Source of the DNA: a virus
Lineage: Duplodnaviria > Caudoviricetes
Length of the DNA: 50,143 bases
Reading direction: 5' to 3' (one strand)
IMG/VR virus record: IMGVR_UViG_3300031953_000025
Location: 1-50,143 of that record
Shown here piece by piece: positions 16,804 through 25,986 of the stretch (within the stretch, counting starts at the first letter, position 1; every line of letters begins with the position of its first letter). The translations under genes and the position numbers were made by a program. The notes under the pieces are model-generated. The model was not told where the DNA came from and searched no databases. It was given only the letters and a program-made list of their open reading frames with translations.

Positions 16804-18021
16804 CTACGGCTTGCCGTCAGCGAATGCGAGTTGCTCGCGAGCGGATGCCCGGGCGCGGCCGGTAACTTCGATGTGCTCGCGCATCTGCGCCTGCTTGGCG
16901 CGGACCTTGATGGCGGCCCGCTTCTGCTCGGCAGGATCGCCAGAGACGACCTCGCGCCGTTTGTACTTGCGGATGTCGCGCTCGATGGAACGTTGTTTCT
17001 CGCGGTCGGCCTCGGCTTGTGGGTCGTACTGCTGGCCCTCCTGGGGAATGGTGAGTCCCGGCATGTACGCGATGTCCTGGTGTCGGCAGTTGGGGTGATG
17101 GAGGCCTGCGCCGCGTGCGGCTTCGATGGTGGCGACGATCTGCACGGTGATGTGCTCGTCGCTCGTCGCATGCTGCACAACGACGGTCCCTGTCGTCCCG
17201 TCAGTGGAGAGGATCTTCCCCACCCACGGTGCGCACTTCGAGCACGAGTCGCCCGCGCCGACGACAGTGATCAGGTTCACGCCGACCTGCTGCATCCGCC
17301 ACACGCCCGCATCGTTGAACGCCCGGTTGACAGCGGTACGGCCGGCCATTTCGGCGTAGGAACCGATGCGCCAGTTGCGGCCGGACTTGTCGACGAACCC
17401 GGTGATGCCCTCGGACAGGAACCGCTGCACCGAAAGCTGCTGGGAGGCGAGGTTCGTGCCGGCGCCGAGCAAAGTGTTCGCGGCTGTGAAGGAGATGACG
17501 CGCTGGTAGGCATCCTGCGGGTAGCGAGCGATGCGCAGCGCCATGTCTTCGAGGCGGGACGTGAGGTCCATCGTCAGCATCGTCGCCGCCTGCGATGACG
17601 TCCCGGTCAGTGCGGTGGTCTGGGGGAGACGGGGAGCCATGCCGAGACGTGCGGCCGCGGCGGCCTCGCCCTCCTGCCATGCCTGCGTGATGACCTCGAG
17701 GGCGAGATCACGGCTGTGGAACTTCTCGGCCATCTGTGCGGCGAGGTACTGCAGCTCACGGATCGACTGGGCCCGGGTAGCAGCCAGCTCGGCGAGAGCC
17801 TTGTTGCGTTCGGCCGCGCGAGCGAAGAGATCCGTCATGTGCGGCGTCATTGCCGTGGTGCGGATCGTCTCCTGAAGCTGAAGGTCACGGTACGCGCGGA
17901 CAGCGACCTGTTTGATCAGCTCGTCCTCAGCGCCGGCGTACCGGGCTGCGAGGTTCGTGCCGAGTTCCTCAATGAGGTCCTCAGCGGGAAGGCCAGGCGG
18001 GTCGGGAACGTATTGAGCCAC
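16804..18021 (-). CDS. Minor capsid protein (phage minor capsid 2/MuF-like)
   Basis: GITGFVDKSGRNW...YAEM, CSKCAPW, GLHHPNCRH, QRSIERDIRKYK. Confidence 0.88.
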   Translation of the reverse strand: MAQYVPDPPGLPAEDLIEELGTNLAARYAGAEDELIKQVAVRAYRDLQLQETIRTTAMTPHMTDLFARAAERNKALAELAATRAQSIRELQYLAAQMAEKFHSRDLALEVITQAWQEGEAAAAARLGMAPRLPQTTALTGTSSQAATMLTMDLTSRLEDMALRIARYPQDAYQRVISFTAANTLLGAGTNLASQQLSVQRFLSEGITGFVDKSGRNWRIGSYAEMAGRTAVNRAFNDAGVWRMQQVGVNLITVVGAGDSCSKCAPWVGKILSTDGTTGTVVVQHATSDEHITVQIVATIEAARGAGLHHPNCRHQDIAYMPGLTIPQEGQQYDPQAEADREKQRSIERDIRKYKRREVVSGDPAEQKRAAIKVRAKQAQMREHIEVTGRARASAREQLAFADGKP

Positions 18022-18044
18022 CGGCTGGCCTCCCTGCTACTAGA

Positions 18045-18293
18045 TCAGACGCGCGGCGGCCAAGACCAATGGCCCGGCTTCGGATCCTCGGAGAACGGCA
18101 CCTCCTGATTGAAGAAAAACCCGGAGGGGCTCAGCACGCACAGCCCTACGACCTCGACCGGATCAGCGCCGGGGGCCAGCTGCGCACTCGTGACCTCGGT
18201 GATGATCGCAGCGCGCGGCTCGGGCAGGTACTCGCCGCCCGGCGTGCCGTACGAGCGGTAGTGAACGGCGCGGCCGATGCTGGGCACGCTCAC
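18045..18293 (-). CDS. Conserved small phage protein
   Basis: PSIGRAVHY...RAAIITEV...WSWPPRV; GTGA overlap with upstream stop. Confidence 0.7.
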   Translation of the reverse strand: MSVPSIGRAVHYRSYGTPGGEYLPEPRAAIITEVTSAQLAPGADPVEVVGLCVLSPSGFFFNQEVPFSEDPKPGHWSWPPRV

Positions 18294-18607
18294 TTGGCGC
18301 GGCTCTTCGTGGTCTTCGGTGCGACCACGTCGACGGTCTCGGTGTCGAGCGCCTCGCCGGTCTCGGCGGCGGCGGACTCGGCTCGCTCCTCCTCGGTAGC
18401 TCCCGCTTCGAGGGTGGCCGTCTCTTCGTCGGTGGGCTCGCGGTCGGGCGTCTCGAGCGGCTGGAGCAGTCGCTCGGCGTCCTGGGCAGCCTCGGCCTCG
18501 ATCGGGTCGATGCTCTCCCAGCGGTCGAGCGCTTCGAGGTCCGGGCGGGGCTCGTCGGAAATGACGATCTGATTGCCCGACTGAAGCGAGCGGTATGCGT
18601 GAGCCAT
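18290..18607 (-). CDS. Acidic hypothetical protein downstream of capsid
   Basis: SD AGGAG; RPDLEALDRWE motif. Confidence 0.7.
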   Translation of the reverse strand: MAHAYRSLQSGNQIVISDEPRPDLEALDRWESIDPIEAEAAQDAERLLQPLETPDREPTDEETATLEAGATEEERAESAAAETGEALDTETVDVVAPKTTKSRAK

Positions 18608-18648
18608 GATTCTGTTCTCCTACCTGCAAGGTGATGAGTGTGAGGGGG

Positions 18649-18678
18649 TGCGGGCGGCCGAGTGAACGACCGCCCGCA
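18649..18678. terminator. Hairpin after major capsid gene
   Basis: TGCGGGCGG...CCGCCCGCA inverted repeat. Confidence 0.5.
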
Positions 18679-18687
18679 AGGGTGGAG

Positions 18688-19626
18688 CTACGCCGCGTCG
18701 GCGCCCTTGAGCAGCACGGCGCGGTTGGCGTCGAGTGCCTTGACACCGAAGAGCATGTCGGCCGAGAGGACGGTCTGCTTCTTGATGATGTCCCAGCCGT
18801 ACGAGATGCGGATCGACAGGCCCTTGTAGCTGACCACGGCGACCTGGCCGACGTTGGCGCCGGCGGGCATCTGCAGCGGGGCGGAACCGAAAGCGAACGC
18901 GGTCTTGTGGAACGCGAGCCCGATCTCGGTCGTGGGCTCACCGCTGGCCGGGGTGCCGGCGGCCTGGCCGACGTTGCCCGTCTGGAAGGTGTCGAACCCG
19001 AACAGGTTCTTGCCGATCGAGCCTTCGCGCAGAGCCGCAGTCGAGCCCGACTTCTCCGCGTGCTTGACGAGGTCGCTGTTCAACCAGCGCGCCTTCGTGG
19101 TCGGGCCGACGACCGCGAACCGGTCCTGCACAGGGACGGAGCTGAGGTCGAGCAGACGCCCGGCCTCGATGAGGACCTCGGGCTGGTCCCAAGTCTCGCC
19201 GTTCGCGGTCGCTTCGGTGCCGAACCCGGCGACCTGCGTCACGTTGTCGCGCAGGCTGAGGAGCGTCTGATCGATGTCCTGAGCGATGGCGGCCATCATC
19301 GGGGTGAGTAGCTGGGTGCTGAAATCCTTGATCTTCAGCGTCATGTCCTCGTCGGTGACAGCCACAGATACGTCGGCGATGTCGTTGACGACGACCGGGA
19401 TGCTGGTCTCGGCCGCGTTCTGCAGCTCGACGCCGTTCGCACGGTCGAAGCGCTTGGACTGGAACACGGCCGGCACGCGAATGTCGATCGTGTTGCCCTT
19501 GGCCTTGGTCGAGAACTCAGTGGTGAGGTCGGTGTGCACGAGGCCGTGCATCGGGGTGGATTCGTACAGGGTAGCGAGCGCCTCTTCGGCGATCTCCTGC
19601 ATGGTGAGGAAAGTGTTACCAGCCAT
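18688..19626 (-). CDS. Major capsid protein (P22 coat gp5-like)
   Basis: KGNTIDIRVP, LREGSIG..FGFDTFQT, LAFHKTAF, DMLFGVK; follows scaffold. Confidence 0.9.
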   Translation of the reverse strand: MAGNTFLTMQEIAEEALATLYESTPMHGLVHTDLTTEFSTKAKGNTIDIRVPAVFQSKRFDRANGVELQNAAETSIPVVVNDIADVSVAVTDEDMTLKIKDFSTQLLTPMMAAIAQDIDQTLLSLRDNVTQVAGFGTEATANGETWDQPEVLIEAGRLLDLSSVPVQDRFAVVGPTTKARWLNSDLVKHAEKSGSTAALREGSIGKNLFGFDTFQTGNVGQAAGTPASGEPTTEIGLAFHKTAFAFGSAPLQMPAGANVGQVAVVSYKGLSIRISYGWDIIKKQTVLSADMLFGVKALDANRAVLLKGADAA

Positions 19627-19644
19627 GGTGGTGGCCCTTCTGCG

Positions 19645-20436
19645 CTAGTTGGAAGCGCGGTTTTCGCGGATCGCCTTGCGGCGTTCGTCGATTGAAAGCG
19701 GGCCCGGGGCAGGCGTTCCGCTCGGTGGTGCTCCTCCGCTGGACGGGGCCACCTGGACGGCGCGCAGCTTCGGGTTCTTCTCGATCTCCGACTTGACGAC
19801 AGCAGCCACCTGGGCTTCGTAGTCAGTCGCGGTTGGATCGATGTCTTTGAGCGAGCCCTCGGAGATGAGGACTGCGCGGACCATGGCGAAGTCGCCCTGG
19901 TTGGCTGTGGATGCGCCTTCGATGGCGTCGCGCTCGGCCCGAGTGCTGCGTTCACTGGCGAACTGGTCACGCTCGGTCTTGAACGTGTCTCGCTCTTCAG
20001 TGAGTGCGGCGATGATCTGGTCGGGGGTGAGTGCGGCAGCATCCTTGACGATGCCGAGCTGCTTGCCGAGTGCGTTGGCCCAGTCGGTCTTGCCGGCGGC
20101 GAGTGCGTCGGTGATCTGGGTTGCGATGGCAGCCTTGTCGTCGGTGCGGTTCTTCGCGTTCTCCTTGCGGAGCTTCTCGACGTAGGCGAGGTCGAAGGTC
20201 TTGCCGCCGTCAGCGGAACCTTCGATCGGTTCTGGTTCGGCGGGCGGGCCGGGCTTCGGCGCGACGGGCTCAGCAGGCGTGGCCGGCACGACCGGTTCAA
20301 CGGGAGCCACCGGGGGGGTGGCGGGCACAGCCGGTGTGCCTGGTGCGCCGCCGTCTTCCCCCACGGCAAAGCGGATGCCCATCAGGGCGAGCTTTGACGG
20401 GCGGAGAGGGCCGAACGTGTGATTGCGGATGATCAT
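19645..20436 (-). CDS. Capsid scaffolding protein
   Basis: Pro/Ala-rich N-terminus, YVEKLRKENAKNR, NPKL; SD AAGGAG before ATG 20436. Confidence 0.85.
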   Translation of the reverse strand: MIIRNHTFGPLRPSKLALMGIRFAVGEDGGAPGTPAVPATPPVAPVEPVVPATPAEPVAPKPGPPAEPEPIEGSADGGKTFDLAYVEKLRKENAKNRTDDKAAIATQITDALAAGKTDWANALGKQLGIVKDAAALTPDQIIAALTEERDTFKTERDQFASERSTRAERDAIEGASTANQGDFAMVRAVLISEGSLKDIDPTATDYEAQVAAVVKSEIEKNPKLRAVQVAPSSGGAPPSGTPAPGPLSIDERRKAIRENRASN

Positions 20437-20503
20437 GGTGCTCCTTCGCGGCGCCTGGCCGCATTGGTTACGACTGCCCCTGCGGCAATCGGTACAGAGT
20501 GGG

Positions 20504-22075
20504 TCAGCCGGTGAACGTGGCAGGATCCAGTGCAGGACCCATGTCGTTCTCGGCTTTGATGAGGTTCGCCTCGGTCTCGGCTTCGGCCGCGGTGAGGTTC
20601 GGCTGTACAGCACGCACACCCGAGATGATCGAGCGGACCTTGGCGAGCATTTCCGCCTGCGTCGTCTGCGCCCGAGTGAGCGGGTTGATCTGCGACACCT
20701 CGGCGAACGTGATGCGCGGCAGGTCCTCGATGAGTGCGCCGCCCTTGCCGGGGAACACGAGCGCATCGATGGCCAGCGCAGTGCGGGCGAGACGAGCGAG
20801 AGCAGGCCGGACGTACAGCGCCTTCTTGTCGCGGGTGCGCTCACTGTCGGCCTTGTCGTCGGTGACCTCAGTCGCCGTCTTCGTGCCTCCGTCGTGGACA
20901 CCGAAGTGCGACACGGAGTAGCCGGTGGCCGTGGCGATCTCCCGCTTGAGCGCGACGATCGTGTCGAGGTGCTCCTGAACGCGGATCGCGAACTGCGAGA
21001 TGGTGATCTGTCCGCCCTTGCCGTCGTCGACGAGCCCGCCGAGAGGCGAGTACACCTGACGGTTCATGTCGAACTGTGCGCCCTGGCCGCGGCCGTTGAG
21101 CTGCAAGTACGACTCGGGCACGGACAGCCGGCCCATGCCGTTGTCGAAGTCGCGCATCAGGCTGCCCCACAACGAATTGATGCGGGTGAACAGCGGCTCG
21201 ATGCCGAAGTAGTCCGAGCGGCCGAGGTTGGCGAGGTCGCCTTTCCGGTCCCAGATCGGGTGCGGCAGCATGTTGGGCATGTGCTCGACGGTGAGGTACG
21301 GCACGCCCGTCTGTAGGACGACGTCCATGGTCTCGGCCATCGGCAGCGACTGCGCGTCAACGACAGGCATCAGCTTCAGGTAATGCTCGGTCTCGCTGAT
21401 GGTGTTGAGGGGAACCTGCCGGCCCTTGTCAGCCTTGTCGCCCTTCCACAGTGAGAAGGTGATCACCCCGACCTCGTGGCGTTCCATGAGGCGGTAGCAG
21501 TCGTCCTTGCGCTGGTACTCGGACCAGAGAGTGACGGCGGACAGTGCGCCGTGCCGCCACTCGGGGATGGCGCAGTCGGCCCGGTACGCACGGAACCAGA
21601 CGTTGTCGCGGAATGCTTTGTCCCACACGACGGCGAGGTAGGCCCAGCCGTGAGCGGCCGAGTACTCGCCACCGCGCAGCAGTTCAGCATGCGCCGCGTC
21701 GGACGACATGATGACGTCGAGGCGAGCCTGCGCATCCTTCCGCTCCGGTGTCGCGCTCGCGGCCGCTGTGTCCACGGAGTCGGGCAGGACGATCGACGGC
21801 GCCTCAGCAAACAGCAGATCGGAAGACAGCTGGGCGAGGTCGCCAGCGACAGGGATCGACAGCGCCGAACGGTTCTCGCCCACCGGTGAACCCATGACGC
21901 CCTTGGACACAGCACCGACGATGCCGCCCGAGTACGCCTGACCGTTGTGCGTGTGCGTGGCCGGGCTGCCCTTCTGATCGGGCAGAGCGTCCATCTCGTT
22001 CGCATACCACGCGTCATAGATCGCGAGCTGGGCAAAGGCGACATCGTACGGAGCCGGTGGAAAGTTGTCAGCCAT
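20504..22075 (-). CDS. Portal protein (SPP1 gp6/A118-like)
   Basis: SDLLFAE, LGRSDY, KTATEV motifs; follows TerL. Confidence 0.9.
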   Translation of the reverse strand: MADNFPPAPYDVAFAQLAIYDAWYANEMDALPDQKGSPATHTHNGQAYSGGIVGAVSKGVMGSPVGENRSALSIPVAGDLAQLSSDLLFAEAPSIVLPDSVDTAAASATPERKDAQARLDVIMSSDAAHAELLRGGEYSAAHGWAYLAVVWDKAFRDNVWFRAYRADCAIPEWRHGALSAVTLWSEYQRKDDCYRLMERHEVGVITFSLWKGDKADKGRQVPLNTISETEHYLKLMPVVDAQSLPMAETMDVVLQTGVPYLTVEHMPNMLPHPIWDRKGDLANLGRSDYFGIEPLFTRINSLWGSLMRDFDNGMGRLSVPESYLQLNGRGQGAQFDMNRQVYSPLGGLVDDGKGGQITISQFAIRVQEHLDTIVALKREIATATGYSVSHFGVHDGGTKTATEVTDDKADSERTRDKKALYVRPALARLARTALAIDALVFPGKGGALIEDLPRITFAEVSQINPLTRAQTTQAEMLAKVRSIISGVRAVQPNLTAAEAETEANLIKAENDMGPALDPATFTG

Positions 22076-22108
22076 GAGACCTCCAAGGGGTTGTGAGCCC
22101 CGAAGGGA

Positions 22109-23389
22109 TTAGGCGGCGTCGAGTTGGAATTGCCAGTTGGCGCGGGGTGTGTAGACGCCGTAACGGCCGGCGTCGAGGGAGTCGTCTTCGTCTTTCACGA
22201 CTTCGTCCTCGCCCTTGGCGGTGGCTTTCGGATCCCATCGGTACTCGGTGATCTCCGAGTTCCACCCTTTGCAGCGGTCGGTGACGAGCATCTGGTCGTT
22301 GGACAGGAGGCGGGAGATGACACCGATGCCCTTGGGGACGTCGTTGTGCGCGACCTGTAGGGACATCTCGTCGAACTTCCGCAGCTCAGCACTGAAGTGC
22401 GCCGCTGCCGGGTCGACGATGGTGTACTCGGGAGCGAACTCGGCTTCATGCGGTGAGTGCTTCTCCCGTGTCCACTTGCGGTACAGCACCGCTTGGTCGG
22501 ACGGGGCAAGAGTCGCGCCGTAGTGGTCGCGTGGGTCGTAGCGCCATTCGTCCATCAGCACCAGGCGCGGCTTTCGCTCGGCAGTGATGCCGACGCGGAG
22601 AGCAGCGGACGAGTGTGAGACAGCGAAGTCGATGCCATCCGAGAGGACTCGGGCGATCTTCGGCATGTCGCTGAACTTGATGATGTGCCGGTCCGGATCC
22701 CACATCGGGTACACGGCGCCGGCAGCGTTCGTCCACTGGCCGAGAATCATACGGTCGTAGAACACCCCGGAGAACGACCGCTTCATGCGCGCTTCGTAGC
22801 CTTCTGGCAGCTTGGGGTTGTCTGCCATCGTCAGGTGGAAGTGGATGACGTCTTTCTCGACTGCCTTGAGGATCCACTCTTTGCGCATCCAGTGGTTCAT
22901 GGAGGCGGGGTTCATCGTGGCCAGGATGCGGGCGCCGTCGACGCGGAGGCGGGTGACGAGCATGTTCCAGAACGCCTCGGGCAGCAGCGTGGCCTCATCG
23001 ACGAGGGCGAGCACGACCGTTTTTCCCTGAATCTTCGCGACGGACTCGGCGTTGTTCGCACCGATGAGGAGTACCTCACGGCCGAGGATCACTGCCGACG
23101 TCGCACCGGGCGTGTAGCTGACCTGATTGCAGATCGTCGCGCCGAAGATGTCCCGGTCCTGCAGCAGCACGAAGATGTTCGCGTAGATCGTCGCCAGCGT
23201 CTTACCGACGACGATGATCAGGCCCTTACGCGGTGCCATCCGAACAGCGATGAGGAACGCGATGACCTGCGCAACCGTCTTCCCCGCCGATACAGCCCCA
23301 GACCAGAGCGAGATGGTGCGCTTCGCACTGTCCACGATCGACAGCAGCTGAGCCCGCGACACCTGACGCAGCAGAGACTCAAGCTCCAT
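22109..23389 (-). CDS. terL: Terminase large subunit
   Basis: Walker A GAVSAGKT, Walker B LVDE, TMNP, nuclease GIDF...VDPAA...DDSLDAGRY. Confidence 0.93.
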   Translation of the reverse strand: MELESLLRQVSRAQLLSIVDSAKRTISLWSGAVSAGKTVAQVIAFLIAVRMAPRKGLIIVVGKTLATIYANIFVLLQDRDIFGATICNQVSYTPGATSAVILGREVLLIGANNAESVAKIQGKTVVLALVDEATLLPEAFWNMLVTRLRVDGARILATMNPASMNHWMRKEWILKAVEKDVIHFHLTMADNPKLPEGYEARMKRSFSGVFYDRMILGQWTNAAGAVYPMWDPDRHIIKFSDMPKIARVLSDGIDFAVSHSSAALRVGITAERKPRLVLMDEWRYDPRDHYGATLAPSDQAVLYRKWTREKHSPHEAEFAPEYTIVDPAAAHFSAELRKFDEMSLQVAHNDVPKGIGVISRLLSNDQMLVTDRCKGWNSEITEYRWDPKATAKGEDEVVKDEDDSLDAGRYGVYTPRANWQFQLDAA

Positions 23390-23897
23390 CGGCCGGCGTT
23401 CCGTCCTGCGCCCGCAACACTTCCGCAGCAGCAGCGAAACCAGCCGACAGCGTATCGAGCGTGCCGACAGCCTCGTCGAGCCCACCATTGTCCTTCTCGA
23501 GGATCCGCGTCGACTTATCGAACGCCACGCCAGCCATCATGAACACCGACCGCTTCACCTCGACAGGAGGGACAGTCAGCGTGTGCTCCTCGTAGGTGTT
23601 GTCCTTACCGCCGAAGTTGTACACCAGATACGGGCGAGTCAACGAATCAACCTCGGTATGCGCGACGAGCATCATCTTCTGAGTGAGCAGCATCCGAGAC
23701 TCGGCAAGATCGATCGTGTGAGCGCGCGTCGCCAGGTCCGTCTTCGACCGGTCGAACGACAGGCCCTCACGCTTGGCCCACTTCGACACCGTCGAGGCAG
23801 CGAAGCCGAGCGCATCCGCAATGCCCCGGCAGGAAAGCCCCGCAGCATGAAGCGCGAGCGCCTCAGCGCGTTTGGAGGCGAACGTTGCCTTGCGCAT
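23379..23897 (-). CDS. terS: Terminase small subunit (N-terminal HTH)
   Basis: HTH GLSCRGIADALGFAASTVSKW; YNFGGKDNTY; overlaps TerL start. Confidence 0.75.
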   Translation of the reverse strand: MRKATFASKRAEALALHAAGLSCRGIADALGFAASTVSKWAKREGLSFDRSKTDLATRAHTIDLAESRMLLTQKMMLVAHTEVDSLTRPYLVYNFGGKDNTYEEHTLTVPPVEVKRSVFMMAGVAFDKSTRILEKDNGGLDEAVGTLDTLSAGFAAAAEVLRAQDGTPADGA

Positions 23898-24019
23898 AGC
23901 ATCACCTCGGTTTCGGATAACGGATGCACGGCGACGCCTGGACGCTGTGATGTTCGGGGCTTGCCAATTCGGGAGCAAAGCGGGGACACTAGCCGTCTCA
24001 CTACCGAATTGGGGGACGA

Positions 24020-24253
24020 ATGTTCAAGATCACATCGAATGGCGGCGAGGATGATTTCTTCGCCGGCATCATGGGCGACGCGATGAAGGGCGTCGAAGAG
24101 GAAATGGCCGCAGACCTTGCGGAGAAGGCACGGGCGAAGGGCCTCACGTCAGTGGATACCTTCGATCTGGACCTGAAGACGAACGACCCGAGTGTGACCG
24201 TCAATGATGCGCGTGTGCGGTCGTTGGCGAATGAGTTGCTGGCTGCCGATTAG
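24020..24253 (+). CDS. Small acidic hypothetical protein (antisense moron)
   Basis: SD GGGGG before ATG; followed by long hairpin 24262-24306. Confidence 0.55.
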   Translation: MFKITSNGGEDDFFAGIMGDAMKGVEEEMAADLAEKARAKGLTSVDTFDLDLKTNDPSVTVNDARVRSLANELLAAD

Positions 24254-24350
24254 CTGATTCTGGCCCGGGGGGATGCGGAGGCTTGGAACTTCCGCGTCTT
24301 TCCGGGGTTTCGCTCGGGACGGCTTGGTCTAACCCCCGTGTTTCGGGAGA

Positions 24351-24518
24351 CTATTCGACCTGTCTATCCTCACTGTTGCGTGAGTCGTGCCGTTCCTTGC
24401 GCCGTGCTGCCCGCTTCTGGTCGCCGGTGATGCAGTAGCCGCAGCCGCCGTTCTGTGACTCAGGGCAGCGCTTGGTGGAGTGCAGCCGTCCACGCTGGTC
24501 CCGGTCGCCCTTGCTCAC
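24351..24518 (-). CDS. 55-aa basic Cys-containing micro-protein
   Basis: MSKGDRDQRG...CPESQNGGCGYC...; GTGA overlap with upstream ORF. Confidence 0.5.
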   Translation of the reverse strand: MSKGDRDQRGRLHSTKRCPESQNGGCGYCITGDQKRAARRKERHDSRNSEDRQVE

Positions 24519-24604
24519 GGCTTCGGCTCACACTTACAGATCCGCGCGAGCGTTGCGACGCACCAGAACCGATCGCAGCGTGGGCACGGGTTCTGGTCAG
24601 GCAT
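24515..24604 (-). CDS. 29-aa Cys-rich micro-protein
   Basis: MPDQNPCPRCDRFWCVATLARICKCEPKP; overlaps both neighbours. Confidence 0.45.
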   Translation of the reverse strand: MPDQNPCPRCDRFWCVATLARICKCEPKP

Positions 24605-24830
24605 CGCCGAGCACGCAGTTCTGCACGAGGAAGTGAGCGAGTCCCAGCCCAACGTGGAACGGTTGCCCGCCGGGGAAGATCGTGCTGTACGTGGTTTCGC
24701 TGAGTTCTTCGGCGGTGCTTGGCAGGGCAGCGGTTTGCAGAATGTATCCGGTCAGCATGGCACCGTCGCTCCTGTCGGCGACATGAGCGGCAATGGCATC
24801 GTCTAGGGCTGCTTGCGTCTGCGCGCTCAT
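24597..24830 (-). CDS. Hypothetical protein
   Basis: ALDDAIAAH...LTGYIL...QPFHVGLGL pattern; ATGA coupling. Confidence 0.65.
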   Translation of the reverse strand: MSAQTQAALDDAIAAHVADRSDGAMLTGYILQTAALPSTAEELSETTYSTIFPGGQPFHVGLGLAHFLVQNCVLGDA

Positions 24831-25012
24831 CGGCGGGTCTTCGCTCGTCGGTGAGCGGCGGTCTGCTGAGCACGGCCGGCCTGCTTGTGCGACGCGGTCA
24901 TGTACGGCAGGAGGTCCAACCAGGAGGCGGTGCGCTTGCGTTCGCCCGAGGGTGCGCAGGCGACGATGGCGACTGCGGAAGCGATCAGGACCGCCCAGAT
25001 GAAAGTATTCAT
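24827..25012 (-). CDS. Small membrane protein
   Basis: MNTFIWAVLIASAVAIVACA hydrophobic N-terminus. Confidence 0.45.
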   Translation of the reverse strand: MNTFIWAVLIASAVAIVACAPSGERKRTASWLDLLPYMTASHKQAGRAQQTAAHRRAKTRR

Positions 25013-25582
25013 GGTGCCCGTCTGCTCGAGGGTGGTTCCGGCTGCCGCGCAGGTATCACAGCGCATAAAAGGTTTAGCGCCTTCAGGGGTCCTTCACCGC
25101 AATGCAAGACGGTGTTGACGCGGTCAGCCGGAAAGGGGACCGTCCTGGGGAGTAGCCGGGACGGGCGTGTGTGTGGGGGCACGGTTGCCGGGCGCCCCGT
25201 AGGACGCCCAACACCGGCAAGGCGGCATCCCTGCACTTAGCCACGTCACCATGGGCGTGGTCAGGGTCATCAGGTCTGCTGCTGGCATCCAGAAGGAATG
25301 CCGATACTCCGTCGCCACGTGGGCGGTGAGTTGACGCCCCGATATCCACCGTCGGTGCCCGCGCGTTTTCAGTTGTGGTCTTGGGGTGCGTTCGCGGGGC
25401 CGGTGAGTGCGTCCTGCCGACCCCGCTCTGCGCTGTTGCCCGCTTTGTTGCCGCCGCTGGGCACCGCGGTAGTCGTCCGTCCCTGTAAGGTTCGGTGGCA
25501 AATATCTGCCGGCCGCGACGAATGCCCGATGGTGCCCTCGGCGGGGCCTCTTGGTTTCGGGGATGCGCGGCCGGAAGCGTGT

Positions 25583-25642
25583 CGTCCCAGTGGGACACCT
25601 GCGGGACACCGGGGGGACGGCGGCAGGCGTCCCAGTGGGACA
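25583..25642. repeat. 15-bp direct repeat CGTCCCAGTGGGACA (palindromic core) with additional GGGAC half-sites
   Basis: Copies at 25583-25597 and 25628-25642 (45-bp period); GCGGGACA at 25601-25608. Confidence 0.85.
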
Positions 25643-25689
25643 AGAAAAGCCCCGGTCACATCGCCTGAGAGGCGGGAAAGACTGGGGCT
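25642..25689 (-). terminator. Intrinsic terminator just downstream of putative late promoter
   Basis: AGCCCCGGTC/GACTGGGGCT stem with inner CGCCT/AGGCG hairpin, then TTTTCTT on the minus strand. Confidence 0.7.
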
Positions 25690-25719
25690 GATGATTGATG
25701 CGACAGCTATGCTGCTGTG

Positions 25720-25760
25720 TTCAAATGTACCACGACGTGAAACATTTCCACCTATTGACA
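25720..25760 (-). promoter_or_regulatory. Putative late promoter (extended -10 TGGTACATT)
   Basis: AT-rich island; TACATT at 25729-25724 with TG extension; right after the HTH gene. Confidence 0.5.
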
Positions 25761-25785
25761 AGCAAACTCGCCGGGCGGGTTTCGA

Positions 25786-25986
25786 TCAGGTGTGTTTCTC
25801 GGGGGTCTCCCCGTCGAACGCTGCCCTCTCTGTCTCGACAACGTCGGATCGTCGCAGTACGACGCGGCCGCCAATCTTCATGCGGCGCACGTACTTGAGC
25901 GCTACCCATCGCACGATGGTCGTGCGGCCGGTCTTCGTGACGGCGATGGCTTCCTTGATGCTCATCCAGTCGGCGGAGGTGGTCAT
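25786..25986 (-). CDS. Excisionase-like (HTH_17) DNA-binding protein
   Basis: WMSIKEA...GRTTIVRWV...VLRRSDV. Confidence 0.75.
   Translation of the reverse strand: MTTSADWMSIKEAIAVTKTGRTTIVRWVALKYVRRMKIGGRVVLRRSDVVETERAAFDGETPEKHT

Noticed and set aside
16210-17598. 462-aa plus-strand ORF and many other long antisense ORFs
   Set aside because: Shadow frames of high-GC genes, antisense to well-supported phage genes, with no motifs
20230-20355. Pro/Ala/Val repeats in the scaffold gene
   Set aside because: Ordinary low-complexity linker of scaffolding proteins
25583-25642. Mini-CRISPR-like repeat-spacer-repeat
   Set aside because: Only two 15-bp copies, no cas genes; better explained as protein-binding sites
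25083-25643. 186-aa and 161-aa ORFs in the late leader
   Set aside because: Pro/Arg-rich low-complexity translations, no SD, starts fall inside repeats
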